Below, piece after piece: positions 14,001-28,435 of a stretch of 64,000 bases of DNA; the first letter of the stretch is position 1; each line of letters begins with the position of its first letter. The position numbers and the translations under genes were made by a program. The DNA is from Catajapyx aquilonaris (lineage: Eukaryota). The notes below the pieces were generated by a model, which did not search any database, was not told where the DNA came from, and saw nothing but the letters and a program-made list of their open reading frames with translations. The DNA lies in the NCBI GenBank assembly GCA_000934665.2, contig KZ538318.1, positions 1 to 64,000 of the forward strand. Direction: 5' to 3'.

Positions 14001-16296
14001 TGTTACATCACCTAAGTGACACCTCAGATGACGGACCCATAAGTACCGATGGGATCATTGGTACAGATGTTTGTAAACAGGCATGACTCGCATGAGTAGT
14101 ACCTGCTAAATATGTCAGGTGACTAGTTTTGTGGTACTCATCCCGGGAGAAATGCAGTGTCAGGTCTGCATAACAATGTACGAGACGCGTAACACGATGT
14201 TGAACACAACCCCATTTGCGATTCATTTATATTGCAGGTGGGGGGTATCAGAATTTTATGTGCCCCGTTGCACTGCACCACCCTTATAAAACAGGCATTG
14301 CTTGGCTGACCTTTGCAGACAATTTTAGGCACTCGAATGCTAATTAGGTATATGTGATTTGTGGAACATCGTAATGAACAACTAATTAGATCCAGTTCAG
14401 TTGAGCCCCGCCATGTATGAGTCAGCCATTTGCAAAAGCCCCTTGCTCCTCTTTACATCGTACGGAGCATGGCTGCATGAAGCCAGTTAGAGAGGAAGAG
14501 ATAATTAAACCCGGTGTTACTAACACTAGGGGTAAATCATTAGGGGGGTTGATTATGCAACGGACTTAGTAGACTCCGCAGCGTTACTCTGCCGTGGCTG
14601 CTGCATATACAACGAAAAAGCACAATACGGAGCCAGATAAACGAGGAAATACCGTGATGGTGTCATGGCACATTAAAAGGATGTTTGTATATAAACCTCC
14701 CCATAGTATATAAAGTGTGTGAGGCGTGCGTGCTTGGGCGGGTCCCGGGTTATGCGGCGCCGAATTTCCTGCATAAAACGTTGTATTATTAATAGTGCGG
14801 TTGGGTTTTTGGGGTGGTTGGGGAAAGGAGGAGGGGCAAGTTTCGTGACGTCACGTGCGTGGATCGTGCAGGTCCCAAGACGGCTAGACCTCCCCCCCNN
14901 NNNNNNNNNGGCATATTTGTCCCCCCACCCCTTGCCACTACACGACCCATTGCGAGACTTGTACTGAGAAACTTTTTTTTTTTTCAAAGGTGTTCTGCAT
15001 GCGAAAATCTCTTTGATTTTTTGGGTAGAGAAACACTGTTATTTTGGGCCACTTAAGTTGTGTTATTTATTCGGGCATCACGATGCTGCTTGCTTATTGA
15101 TTATTTTTTCTTGGCATTTCCTTTAAGGTGCCATTTTGTTTCGTTTACGAGTCGAAATTGCTGCTGAAGATGCAGACCTTGCAGAAACTGAAGCCACTTC
15201 TACGTAACCTGATAATTTGAACGGAAGAAATTCCAGGGATGCCAAATTAGAGATGCTGAAAAAATGAAACATAAATTTCTATGTTGGAGTGTTTCTGGGG
15301 CTGATTATCATTTAACTGGGGTGCCTCTTGGCATCTAAGGAGTTGCTGTGATTAGGAATGTTCTCCACGTGATCCTTGAGTATTGACGAGCCAAGATTGG
15401 GCTTGATGGTCTGGGAGGAGGCAAGCAAGGAGAAGCCTCAGGAAGAAGGCTTGCGTCAGCAACTTCCTCCTGATTGCACCCAACCAGCCCACTTCCTCTC
15501 TTTCTAACTGGTGCTCTCCGCCGAATCTACCTAGATATCGCATATCTACGTCTGTCGTGCCCATGCATAATGAGTCGTGGTCAAACAAGTTGGCCAAGGA
15601 CTGTCTTCAGCTACTGTGATTTTGCATCAGGTGCACAGTTTGTGTCTCAAGATTTAGGAACGATTCCACTATAGAAGCGATTAAAAGATAATGTACGCCC
15701 AAAACTGCTCTTTGGGCTCCAGTATGGGTGCGCCAAATGCGGTCTTTAATGATCGTAGAGTGGGGTGGAATAATTCCTGAGGACAGTGACTGTATAGCGT
15801 GCGTGCTGCTTGTAATCACCTGCTGTATAAGTGAAATAGATAACTAGGTAGCCTTCTGCGGTGAAGTACTGCAATGCTCTATTATGGTACTGCAGATGGG
15901 ACTTGGTTGCAAATCAATGTTATCGCCCTGCTGAGGGCGTCCACGTTGGAAGTTACCATTTAAAAGTGTGTGCTCGTAAGAAATGACATGAATATGCTAT
16001 CTATAGGTTTTCTGTTAGGACCAGGTAGCAGTATTTAAAACCTGGATGTAATTCAGCTAAAGGGGATATTTTAAAGATGCCCTTGCAGTCTCACTTTTCT
16101 GGTCGTGAAGTAACACTTGAGCTTCCACCCCACACGACGCAGTAAAGCTTGACATGACGGCCCATATTTACGCAAAACGTGAATAAACATCCTGCCCGAA
16201 TCCCGTCGCTTGAACCGCACTCTGCCTATAGCTGCGGGGCCGGAATAAAAAAAAGAAGCATACATATGACTAACCCCCTAATCTGTTTGATTTCAG

Positions 16297-16438
16297 GATT
16301 ATCCATGAAAGCGGCTTTACCTCGGAGGACTTCAAGCAGTACCGGCCAGTGGTCTACTCAAACACCATCCAATCGTTGGTGGCCATTCTTCGCGCCATGC
16401 CCAACCTCGGAATCGCCTTCTCCAATAACGAGAGAGAG
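16297..16438 (+). CDS. Galphao: G protein alpha-o, coding exon 3 ([47 protein letters not shown])
   Basis: tttcag and gtcagt boundaries; 142 nt; Go-type helical domain sequence. Confidence 0.96.
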
Positions 16439-16930
16439 GTCAGTAGATTCTGGACAGTGTCTATATTTTAGGTGAGGAAAAATGGCATGTATATGGCCGG
16501 GTTTAAGAGCGAGATCAACAGTGTCACACCTGTTGAAGCGAGCTGTTGCGTGGGGATTTGACTCTTCTTGCCGGCATCACAGTTTTTCCTCCTGGTGTTG
16601 GGCGGCGGTATTGATGCTGGAAATTTGTAATTGCGGAAATGAACAGTCACTTACATTGCGACTTTTTGTCCGTGACCTGCTGACACCCCGCGGCACACCT
16701 TGTCTGTAATCTTACATGAAGGAGGCATTTACAAGGACTTGATGTTGGGACAAGTCCGGCATCTCGATGACCTTCACACTTGCATGTTTTTATGGAGCTT
16801 TATTGCTGCATGATGTATGTCGTTGCCGCAACAAAGTCGAGCATAAATGCTGGAACACACGCCCTATCGCAATCGATCCGTTGCTTGTGACGTCTGTTGC
16901 AGACAATAAATATCGGGGGAGGGAAAGGAG

Positions 16931-16965
16931 NNNNNNNNNNNNNNNNNNNNNNNNNNNNNNNNNNN
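16931..16965. other. Assembly gap (35 N); other Ns at 1176, 14899-14909 and 20463
   Basis: N runs next to purine or C tracts. Confidence 0.95.
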
Positions 16966-19289
16966 GCAGGCTGGGTCCCAACATATTTTTAAGATAAGCG
17001 ACGGAATGTGTCCTTCCGTGTCACAAACATCCGAAAAGCCACATCGCTCTCCAGAAAAGTGCCAATTACCGGATTAAAATAGCAGGCATCTCACCGATAT
17101 CCCGCGACGTCATTAAATTCAAGGTGACATGGTGACCAGGTGTAGGGAAATTAGCAAGATGCCGTGACATGACGCTATTTGGACTGATTAAAATTCCTGC
17201 ACCTGACAACTTCCGGCTCTAATAAGCAGGGGGGTCGAATTTGGGCTATGACGTCATTTCCTATCTAAATTTGGCTCAAATTGGAACACAATTTTTGAGC
17301 GAAAAGATCGATCAGACTTGCATATTTATAATGTTGCAAAGGGATAATTGGGCCATCTTTTTTTTCAGCAGAAAAAAATTAGGACTTGTTCGTTCTTTAG
17401 CAAAGGATGGAACGGCTTTCCCCAGTATGTATGTTTGTGTGTATACGTTACCCAAAATAAGCTGGCAGTGCATTTGGAAGGCCGTTGTGGGTTTTGGGTT
17501 GGGAGGCTTGATTTTCACAGCCTGCAAACTCTGGCAAGGCACCAAAATATTGCCCCTAACCAATTTTTTTTTCTCTCCCCCCTCTTTCGACCCGGTCTCT
17601 TTCTTTGTCGCCCCTCGAGAAAGTGCAAAAATGTGTCGAGACGCCTTGCCAAATGTCAGTCCCAACATATTTTTTCAAGGAAAAGGTTACGGCTCCGTTT
17701 TTGGCAACCGGAGGAAAGAAAAGTACCGACTTTTCTTGTGTTATGGCGGTTGGAGCGGCACTGTAATCACGTACGGTTGGAAGTAATACACGAGTTGATA
17801 TATCTGTAAAAAATTCAGCCCTTGAGATGAAGGTTATGGGGTAGTTCTTTAAAGACAAGCCGGTTTCAATGGCGGGTTGCAGTACTGGGTATGACGTCAC
17901 CGATTGCGGATGGTGCCAGTTTGATATCAAGTATGGGTCAAAGTGAAGTAACTGTGACCGGATTTATGTTGGAGGACAATGCAAAGTCTTATCTGGAGGG
18001 CAGTATTTAAGGGGAAATGGAAACTCACGTGCTTCCTGTTTCTTGGAGGTTTTCGCCACTTTCTCCTCACGATTTTAAAAATAGGCCTGGTCGTCGTGTT
18101 AATCTTCTCTTTCAAGCAAGGCTCCTTTTCAAGAAAATGCAAGGCGCAACTGGAGTGGTAATCGGAAAAGAGATCTGACATGCAAGCAAAGCTCTTTAGA
18201 TGCTCGTATTTCAGTAGTTGGGAAGAAACCTACTTTTTGGGGGGGTTTCGTAACGAATCTGCAGAATTGGCGCAGAGCACAGGCTTGGTAATAAAAGTGG
18301 ATTAGCTCCTTCTTTACGGTAAACCCTGAGCATGGAGTTATGTAGGAGGTTCTTCAGAGCTGAGTCTCAGTGCCCACAGGCAGTGGATTAATAACGAGTT
18401 AGATCAGGTTCTAAATTTCGTCTGTACTTAGCTTTAGTACCGTGGGAAGCTATCACAGTAATGGTGGTTTTTATCATTGAGTGGCTGTAGGTTTTGAGCT
18501 TTTGACCGCAGGGAGATGAATGACAATCTAATCATGTCCTACCTTGACAAGGCCAACGTTGGCCCATTTTCATCAATCGAAAAATATTTCCTCTGTGCCT
18601 GTATTCATTCTGGTACTCTCGAAAATGAAAGAACAACCAAAATGAAATAAAATATTGCAGTGTCCTATAGCCAGTAGCCACCACGAATGTTTTACTGTAA
18701 TTGCTGAAAGACCCGGAGAAGAATGTCACTAGATCCATTGGTTATCTCATGGCCGCTCAGGCCGTACAGTACAAGACTGTACCCTAGTGTAGCCATGTCT
18801 ACATAATTGTATAATTTCACCAGCCATCTGGGTTTAGGGTGGAGTAGTGCACATTCAGTGGTTCACAACAAACAAATATGTTACTTTCTTCCTTGACTCA
18901 GTGCTCGTTTGGCTATTTTGGATAACGGACTGTATAGCTGTGGTGCCTGCGGAGTTATAGGTGCATAAATTTAGATCGTTATCATCGGTATCAATTGTTC
19001 AGTGTTTGGCTGTTTGCTAAAACTATAGCCCACGCGAGGGACGCAAGCGTTGACTAGGCATGATGAGTCAAGAGTATTTTCCGGCCACACATCCACTTTT
19101 TTTTTGTCTTCATAGAAGTGTCTGCAGTGGCAGTTGTCGGAATCTCCTGGAGTAATGACCATGAGTACGAGAAAGCATAACACATGCAGCAGACCTTGCT
19201 TATTATCGTTGTTTTTGACCGCGACCGCTCTGGGCCTCTTTTAGGGGCTCTTTTATTCTCCGAGGAAACTATAATACGCATAAGAAATC

Positions 19290-19358
19290 CATATCCTGGG
19301 ATAGAACTGAGGACTTCAGAGGTAGAGGGGGGTAATGGCCTCAACCACTACACCACTG
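19290..19358 (-). mobile_element. Degenerate tRNA-derived SINE head
   Basis: Minus strand has A-box-like TGGTGTAGTGG and B-box-like GTTCTATCC with tRNA-like spacing; no intact cloverleaf. Confidence 0.45.
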
Positions 19359-22300
19359 TAATGCTCATCTGGCACAAGAAAAATGAAATAAAAAAATAGC
19401 AGGACAGAAACGTAATTATCCCCCGTCTGTACGTTAGTCTCCTATTTAACAAAAATAGCACCAGGCTAGACTGAATCGCATGCCATGAAAAAAATGACCC
19501 GAGCAACGTCATTGCACTCTGCCCAACCGTCCAAGACATGCAATGCCTCGAATTTGTTGGCATAGAAGGCGAGATGGGCATTGACTGCTGTCCCTAAGCA
19601 AACTCGCTGAGGGCAATTCCATGACCACTGACCAGGTCATAAAAAAATAATAAATTCCGTGAGAACATTGATCCTGTCTGCTGTGGCTTGCCCCGTTCTC
19701 TCTGACGTAACAGGTAGTCATTTCACCTGGCGGCGTTGCCTAATTTCATCCGATTTTCTTGTAATTTGTTGTCGCCGGGTGACAGGGGATGAGTCGGGCT
19801 CACTTGCCCCATAACCTCTCAACCTCCCTTCGACCTCCTCTCAAACATCGTGCCTTCTTTCGTCTTTTTTTTTTACCTTCTTCCTTTTTCTGCTCCGTGC
19901 CTTTCCGTGTCGCCTGGGAACATCTCAAGCATCGATTTGCCGCAGCTGCTGCGGAGAGTCTTGGAAACATTTGCTCAGGTTTCGCCAATTTTTGCCTCAA
20001 CTATTCATGGGCCTATCTCAGCATCCTCCTGCCGACGAGATTTCCTATGCATTGCTGGCAAGGGAAGGGGGGATGCCAAATTTCGGGATTTGACAGGACC
20101 CGGTATCATTTCGTGGAATGACCCCCATCTTACCAAGTGCGTATCAGGCAGGTAAGCCATGGCTTAGGGATTCTAAAAATGAGCGGTCCCTACTGCACTT
20201 TGTTCCCCAAATGGGACCCAGATATGCATGAAAATGCAACTGGGGCCGTGCCTGCCGCTAATGGTTATTACTACTTGTTATTCTATTAGTAATGAAGTGA
20301 GAACCGGGCCGCGGTCGGATTATGTAAGATCTCCCACATTGTGTGAGCAGGAAAAGCCACCGCTGAAAATTTTTGCACGGTCCGTTTGCATGCAAGCCCA
20401 TCACCCTCCTAAAGCCAAAGTGTCATCATTTAACCAGAATTCTGCCCCCCCCCCCCCCCCCCNCCCCCCCCATTCCATCACTTGCTTAACAATTAATATG
20501 GGATTATGGCTGCGGCGCCTTTTGAGATAGAGACGGATCAGAAAGTTGCAGAATCCGGGAATTTTAAAGGGCAAATGCTGGCTAGCATGGGGACGTCACG
20601 TTTTCTCTTGAATGGATGAGTGTTACTTTGGATGGTATCCAATTATTGAGCCTTGTGTGGGCCAAGAGCGGCGGTGCCACTTTGGACTGGGTTTGTACCC
20701 TTGATTTGGTCAAATTGTTGCTGAGCTATGAAGTATTGTAGTGGAAGCAACACATTGGTGGTGCACTACAAGACTGATTTTACAATAGTATTTTGATATG
20801 TCGCAAGTAGATGTAGAAAGTAAAGTCATCCTTTTCACACTCTGTTTTCTTGGGCGAATTACAGTAATCTGAGGAGTTCTTGAGCAAACTGAGTCAAATC
20901 GCGTTGTCATAACCTTGAGACCCTGGAGACGTTTCTTGTTCCTCGTTTGTGTGACGTCATAGTAGGACCCAATAGTATTCCAAACTGCCACAAAGGCTTC
21001 CTTTTTTTTTGCATACAGAATATCCCAGTAGAAGCCTGATAAACTTTAAACTGGAGTTTTCCCGTGAACGAGCAGTTTCCTTCCCCGTTTCCATTCCCCT
21101 TGACAACGTGGGCGACGGTATTGTGTGGGAAGCCCGTATTCTCCGGCTCCGGATTTGCCCAATTCCGCCTCGTAAGGGGAACTCGCGTCACTTCCTTGCG
21201 ACCGCTGCTATTTTTAGAACCAATTATTATGCCCGGGTTCCCTTGCGGCAATTTTTTTTTGTAGTATATACTTTCTTCTTCTTCAGCAACCTGTTGGGGC
21301 CACTTGTACCTCAGATTGCTCCTCGAAATATTTAATAGCTTGGCACAACCTTGAGGCCGAGAAATACGTCCGGTTTTCCGCGAGAATGAGGTGTTGTCAT
21401 CTAGAATGCAAATTTTCCTCTAGCCCAAATCTGTTTTGCTGATGAATGCTGCAAAGGAGAGTGCATAATACATATGGCCGAGTGATGACACATGGACTGG
21501 CGAACTGTGGCTCACAGCTAGATGAGGGGGGGCTTGCAGCCTGATTGAAGGGGATGAGGGATGGGGTGGAGAGTTGGGGGGAAAGAGCCGCATCATCCTC
21601 TCGTATCCATGGAGACCTACCCAACCCCCCCCCCCCTACTTCCTACCTCGTACCCTGTACCCTACTTCAATATGGCTGCAACACTTTGCAAAACTGGAAC
21701 TCTCCCCACCCATAGCACCCAACCCTGCAACTTCCCCCCCCCCTCCCCCCCTTCACCCTTTATCTCCAAGCCTGGCTCATCAGTGCGGTCAATTTTCAAT
21801 GGGCTGGCAATACATGGGGACTGGGTTTTTGCTACTTTGTATGGCCAAATGGTGCTGGTATGCTGGATGATCCGGACAGATGGTTGCGGCTGATTTGCAA
21901 GTTTGAGGGACGATCATTTGCATTAAATTGACTGAAAATTTAAAATATGCTTGTCCGCTGCTAGGGTGTACTAAAAGCGGGTTGTTCCGCATTAATTAAT
22001 AGATCTGCGACTGAATGTACGTTCTGGGGAGTGCGATATAGCAGAATTGGGCGAAAAATCACGCTTCGTTTTGTGGTTCTGGACGTAGTAAACCGGTTTT
22101 ATGTGCCTAAGGTCCGGTTGCACCGCCTCCGGCACTGATCCTAAAGGAGGAGCTGTTTGTAAAGAAAATACTAAAATAAATCATCTTTGTTGAAGGGCAG
22201 TGAGTACGAGACTCGAATTTGTTCACGAATGTACTTTTACTACAGCACTATCCGCGTGATTATATTATTAATAGATGATGCGTTTTTTTTTTTGCTGCGC

Positions 22301-23414
22301 TCTTCTCCTTCAATTTACAAAATGAACAGCCAGCCTCATGTTTTTTTCTGTTCCTCGCAAGCTTTTTTTAAAAACCTACATGTGAGTAATTCGCTTAATT
22401 ACTTTACGCACATGCAGTAAACGGTGATCACCAGGCGCTAGTTAGATGCTGGAATTTAATGACCTACATACCGCGTCAGAAAATGAGGGACTGGGAATGG
22501 ACTGTTGTTATAAGAAGTGGCGTGCAGGGAGAAAGGTGAGACGCACTGGCTGGGGGTCGGTGCAGACGTAACAGAAAGGTCAAATGAACCTGCTGCCTAC
22601 GTACTTGGTATGTGACAGGTTAATATCGATATGGAGGTTGTGTCTGAAATATTTGACCGCCGTACAGTACATGCTGTGATGTAAAATCCTGAACGTAATT
22701 TGGCTGATGGGGTTAGAGTACGCTGTCGGATAGTTTTCACCATTGGGACAGTACTCCCAAGAGCAGGGCCAATTAAACCATCCGTCCTCGGTATGCGACC
22801 CCCTCATGGGCTTCCATGCTACGGCCCCTCCCCGGCCATCACCTACTCGCGGACACGGCATAAATGATAGGCCCGCACAGGCACATTGTGAAGCCCCCCA
22901 GTGTGACTTTTATTCGGCCCTATATTTACCCGTACAAATTATATGGAAGAGGGGTGGGGGAGTGAGTGACCTTTGACCTTTATGGGCGTTGGAGGCCGAT
23001 TGATCTGCGCGCCGGCGGCGGCAGGCCTTTTGGAAAGAGCCAGGATTTTATAGGCCAACTGGGCCGCCGTTTAGGACTGCCCGAGCTGGATCAACAAGTT
23101 TGCCCGGATTTAGTTTGCTGCCCGGAAGGGTTTCTTTCTCGCCCATCAACCCCATCCCCAACCCCTGCTCCTGCCCCAGCCATTCCCACTCCCCATGTTC
23201 ACATCATGCTGATTCGATGGCAGTTGGCGTTTATCCTGACTGGGTAGGCCACCCTTCAGCCTCTCTTGTGCTGCGGGATGGTACGGATGGCAGGAAAATG
23301 TGTACGGGGACACTTCTTATGAAATAAAACGAGCTGGGCTGTTTGTGTTGAGATATTGTCGTTGAGAAATCCTCAAAGTCCATTTACATGCAGGCGATCT
23401 GTTGTGGGGAAAGT

Positions 23415-23466
23415 TAGTGAAGATCGTCTATTTTGTAGTATAGTGAAGATCGTCTATTTTGTAGTA
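23415..23466. repeat. Perfect 26-bp tandem duplication (tagtgaagatcgtctattttgtagta x2)
   Basis: Direct reading. Confidence 0.9.
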
Positions 23467-23805
23467 GTGTTAACGATTGACGAGAGGACGATTGGCGTCA
23501 ATTAATGCCAAGCTGTTTTTCATTTACTATCAGTCATGCAATTGCGCCTCAATCACCCTAACTAGAAGTACTGTCAATTACCTTTCAGCGTGTGACATGA
23601 AAGCGTACAGTTTATGGGTGATGTACGTATTGTCTTATTGACTAAATGCCCTGGGAAAGTGCATTGCACTGTGTTTACAGTAAAACTTGTGCCTTCTTTC
23701 ACAACTTTTAACTTTCCTGCAATTGTTTTTTTTTTTCTGGCGGGTTTCCGTTGGAACTTTTGGCTTTGTTGGTTGCTGACCGAACTCTTTCACTTTTCCT
23801 TACAG

Positions 23806-23966
23806 TCGGACGCAAAGATGGTGTTTGACGTGATCCAACGCATGGAAGATACGGAGCCATTCTCAGAGGAACTTTTGGCGGCCATGAAGAGGCTGTGGGC
23901 CGATTCGGGTGTCCAAGAGTGCTTCGGACGCTCCAACGAGTACCAGCTCAACGACTCTGCCAAATA
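23806..23966 (+). CDS. Galphao: G protein alpha-o, coding exon 4 ([19 protein letters not shown]...EYQLNDSAK)
   Basis: ttacag and gtcagt boundaries; 161 nt; [12 protein letters not shown] and EYQLNDSA motifs. Confidence 0.97.
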
Positions 23967-24637
23967 GTCAGTTGAATTTATTTTACTCTAGATTTTTGCA
24001 TGGATGACTTTGCGTACTTCAGGTGTGAGGGAAAATGGAGGTTACAAGTGTGCAGTGCATGTTCGTTGGCTTGGGCGAAAATTGAAGTAGCAATTTTATA
24101 AAAATGTTAATCTCGACTTTGGGCTTCTAAAAATAGCAAAAATATTTGCCGACTTCTAGAATCAGGAATACCCTTAGGCCGTAGGAGTAGGTCAAAAATA
24201 ATGTGCTAAGTTTAGGTTTTGAAAACTTGATGAGTCTCGATTTGGAAACCATCCTCTCCGATAACATTTAAAGCTGGCTGGAATATTGTACCGTACTTTT
24301 CAATTGTCATGTCCGATGGCTAGGATGTGAAGAACATGAAACGAACGGAAACTATAGGCCTTTCAAAGCAGGGCAGCGTTCTGTTCATGTTCTGTGCTTT
24401 ACACGACCCTTCTGTTGCAGACATAATGGACGTCATTTTGAAAAGAATATTACTGGAGAGAAATTTTATCAGGATTTAACAGGTTCAGATTTATGCAGGG
24501 AAGCTTACAAACCGTGGGCTTTTTTTGGTTATGCCAATTTATTTCTGCAGTTGACGCTGAATAGTTCTGATAGTGATTGGATATGACCTTGTAATGTATA
24601 GTATACTTGCTTAAATTAAAATGAGGGTTGCTTCCAG

Positions 24638-24896
24638 TTTTCTTGATGACCTCGACCGGCTGGGCGGAAAGGAGTACCAGCCCACGGAACAGGACATTCT
24701 TCGGACCCGAGTCAAGACGACGGGAATCGTTGAAGTCCACTTTAGTTTCAAAAACCTTAACTTCAAACTATTCGACGTGGGAGGACAGCGTTCGGAGAGG
24801 AAAAAATGGATCCATTGCTTCGAGGACGTCACGGCCATCATCTTCTGTGTCGCCATGTCCGAATACGACCAAGTGCTTCACGAGGATGAGACCACG
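24638..24896 (+). CDS. Galphao: G protein alpha-o, coding exon 5 (switch [24 protein letters not shown])
   Basis: ttccag and gtaggc boundaries; 259 nt; canonical G2/G3 motifs. Confidence 0.97.
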
Positions 24897-27800
24897 GTAG
24901 GCCGGGATTTCATTTTATTTTCGTGGTGGGAGGTTGGGGAATGACGCAGGCCACACATAGATGGATCACTGCCCACGTTCCCAGCTCATGGAGGCATGAG
25001 GAGGAGGCGTTCTGGAGTGTTCACGCCAGTAACCAGTTTCAATGGAAGAAAAAAAAATGCGATGTGGGCCCCTATTGTTGTTTGCCTTGAAACTGGTGGG
25101 GTAAACAATGTGCGACTCCTTCCCTTACTGTTGTGCAGTGGATGTGGGCAGTGCATCAACCTGTATAATTATGTTGACTCACACTGATAGGTAGCAAGTT
25201 AACTTACTGTTCATGTACGTTGAGGACACTGAGGACTTGTGAAGTCAACTTAGGCATCTTTGTTCATTGCTTATCGCCAATACGCTGTTGAGGGAGTTTT
25301 GGGTATTCAGTTATGTCAATAGACAGAGGTTGTAACAATGGTGTTCATGGCCTATGATAATGCTAGCAGCTGCTCTTTTCGGCTATCTAAAGTCACATTT
25401 GATAGCTCATACCAGCTGCAAATTTCCCACAAAGAGATGGCGCGTTTTCCATTCACCCTACTTGTACATTGGGAATTTGAACATAGTGATGATTCAGCAA
25501 ACGGATGTAAATATTTTACTGGTTAAGCGTACTGCATCATTGCCGATTTGACATGCCATGGTGATCTTGACACGAGTATTTCACCACTTAACATCCGAAC
25601 AGCACTAAACGGGCAAGGCCCAGTTGTTTAAACAAATCGGTTGGGATTGCATTGATTCAGCCCTCCACATATTGCATACCCCCCCTTCAGTATATATAGG
25701 CCACACCCGATGACCCCCCCTGCATCACACACGAGCATTAATCAGATGAACCTAATGGACCTTGTCAGACACAACCTTTCGGAGCCCCGGTTCAATTAAC
25801 GTTGACTCCTGATACAGTGGCCTAGGTTCGGACCTAGTGGTCCAGATAGGAGTTGACAGGCCCGAGCAAATCATGGTGCACACCAAAGTGGCAACATTGC
25901 ACAGGGTGGGGTAGGGTGGGGGGGAAAGCGGGGGGGAGATGAGGTGGGGCATGTATCGATCGTCGCCCAGGACGAGAGTCGGCGCCGACTACGCCAAGGA
26001 AGCAAAAGGAAAATTCTTGCCCCGGAATACTCTCTTCCTAGTAGAGGCTTAGCAAAATGTAGCCTTGTTCTCTTCAGAATGACAAAAAGCGAGGAAGGGC
26101 ATCTTTTGGAAGAGTGGAAATGGGGTTAAAGTGGGGGAAGACAATATTCCTCGGTGGTATTTTGCCACTAGGGTATACTGATATTGCGCGGGCGCACAGT
26201 GGATACGCCCTTCTACTCTAATTCCGCTAGGAAATATGTAGGGTTTTTTTGTGTATGTAAGAGGTTTTGCGGAGAAGTCGCAGGATATACGCAGTCCTGG
26301 AGCTATTTTGGCGCAAGTTTTTTTTAAAGCAGGGAATTAGCGGGGCGTAAACACAATTTTTTTTTCGGATTCGTAAGGGATTTCTGCCGGCTGTGGTTTC
26401 GCAGGTGCCGGCCTTTTTCCAGATCTTGATTGGATGTCTTTTTTCCTCTTAGAATGAATATTTTTGACCTGGGAGGATAAGGGCGGCGGCGGCTTTGGAG
26501 GGTCGAATTATGTCAAGAGTGGGATGAAATCCGGAGATTATAGTGCGTGGGATGCGGGCTATTTTGAGGCTGGTTCCGGATTATGACTCCCAGTTTTCCA
26601 GGAATATCGTTCAGCCTGGTTCATAATTAAGGGGACAATACTGTAGGTACAAATATCAGTCGTTATTGCTTCAGATAGTCCGCATTGAATGGGGACACTT
26701 AGATGACACATCATGTGTATGAACTTGCCTGTCAGCTGGTGTCACAGGTGTGGTGGATTGTCTGGTCTGTTGCATGATCGTTATGGGTGGCAATGTTTAT
26801 TGGTTACTTATAGGGCCATAAATGACATAACATCCTCTTATTGGTGGGGGGATGTCAGCTCTGCGTGATAAGGAGCGTTATGTAACTTGGATCAATCCCG
26901 ACTAGCCGAATTTGTGAATGGACCGCATGAAGGGGCAAGTTTTGTCACCCACTGTAAAAATTGTTTGCAAAAGTGACTATACGTAACGAGGGTCAGGGGT
27001 CAAATTCGGTTACGTAAGGGTCCGTAAATGGACCCGGTTCGGCGATAATGCCACTGTCCATTACTTTTTGTTTGAGGAAATGCATCTTAGGTGCAAGTGC
27101 GGGGGCATTTTCCGGAGCAACTTGGCACGCTTTTCCCACGGGAAAAATCGCCTGACCCCTATCAATTTCCCAGGAATGCGTGATAAAGTGGACTTTGAGG
27201 GGGTGGAGTTGCCAGGAGGCTCATCAAAACTTCAGGAAATTTGCATGCCAAAACCCACTTTCTGGGACCGGAGAGATAGAGAGAGGGGCATACAGTATAT
27301 CAGCATTTGCTTTCCCACATTTCCCCAAAAGGGAATTACGGGACATATTTTTCTGGGGGGCTGGTGGCACGCTGTTGACGGGCGTCACCATGACAACTTC
27401 CAAGGCATTGTGGGAGTAGTCGCCAGACGCACTTCTAGCCCTCCCAGCCACCCCCTGACTTCCTCCTTCATTACCGGCTTTAGTGCCACTTTTATTGCTT
27501 TTATGGCAAAGGGAGAAAGAAACTTCTTTTTTTTCCACCGCTCTCTAGCTGCTTCCTATTCTGAAGGTATGTCTCATATCTGATTCATCATGGCAGTGTT
27601 GTAGGGTTGGGGTAGGTGGACGTCACACCTGATGGCTTCAGATGCCTGAGTGCATCTAATAAATGGGCAGTCCACATTTTTCACTATATGCTTGACGTCA
27701 GCGAACATCCAATATGGTGCGATTTCCATGCAAGCGAAAGCGAATAGTTTGAATGGAGCTTCTAAAAAGAGGGCCTCTTTCACACTGTGCAGTTTCATTG

Positions 27801-28435
27801 CTTGCAGCGGCAGAAGCCATCTTGGATGGATGAATTTCGATGCAGCCAATAAAACCCGCAAGTTCCGGTGATGTGAAAGGGCCCTAATACTTTTCAAACT
27901 ATGCAGTTTTATTGCGCGAAATTGGAACCGATTTGGGTCGATGATGTGGCATGCATCTGATTGGCTGTGTGAGAAATGCAACTCACGTGTAAAAAAATAC
28001 ATAGATCCAGTTTGCATATGTTTATTTTTAATTCAGTTAGTGGTTGCTTTTAACTCCCGAGGAAGTTGTGAGCGGAGAAAACTAGGTTATTTATGAACAG
28101 TAGATTACTTTGTGTCACACATGCTTGATATACACGAAACCAATTTGAAAAGCAAGCATCCCTTTTACAGAGGGAGTATACTCCAGGGTATTGGAGAGTA
28201 CGCTGGTAAACTTTTGCACAGTTGCAATATTGTGTTTCCAACTTCTAAATGAGTTACATGGAGGTTCAGGATGGAGGTATACAGTGCACAGTAACGATGC
28301 ATGTTGGAGTCTATTTGATGCTGAACTGTTGTTATAAGACGCAGCAAAGGAATTTTGCAATGAAAAAAATTGGGAACATAATATGAACTCTGGTTATTTG
28401 TTTTTGCATGATTTTTATCAGCTTCATTTGAGATA

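Noticed and set aside
15160..15200. Hammerhead-like CTGAAGA-TGCA-loop-TGCA-GAAA
   Set aside because: No NUH cleavage triplet and no stem I partner.
17241..17930. Stack of overlapping 118-181 aa ORFs
   Set aside because: No homology; homopolymer-derived composition; intronic.
19290..19358. Functional tRNA gene
   Set aside because: The B box is degenerate and no cloverleaf can be formed; treated as a SINE head.
23415..23466. CRISPR-like array
   Set aside because: Two adjacent copies with no spacer in a eukaryotic intron; a simple tandem duplication.
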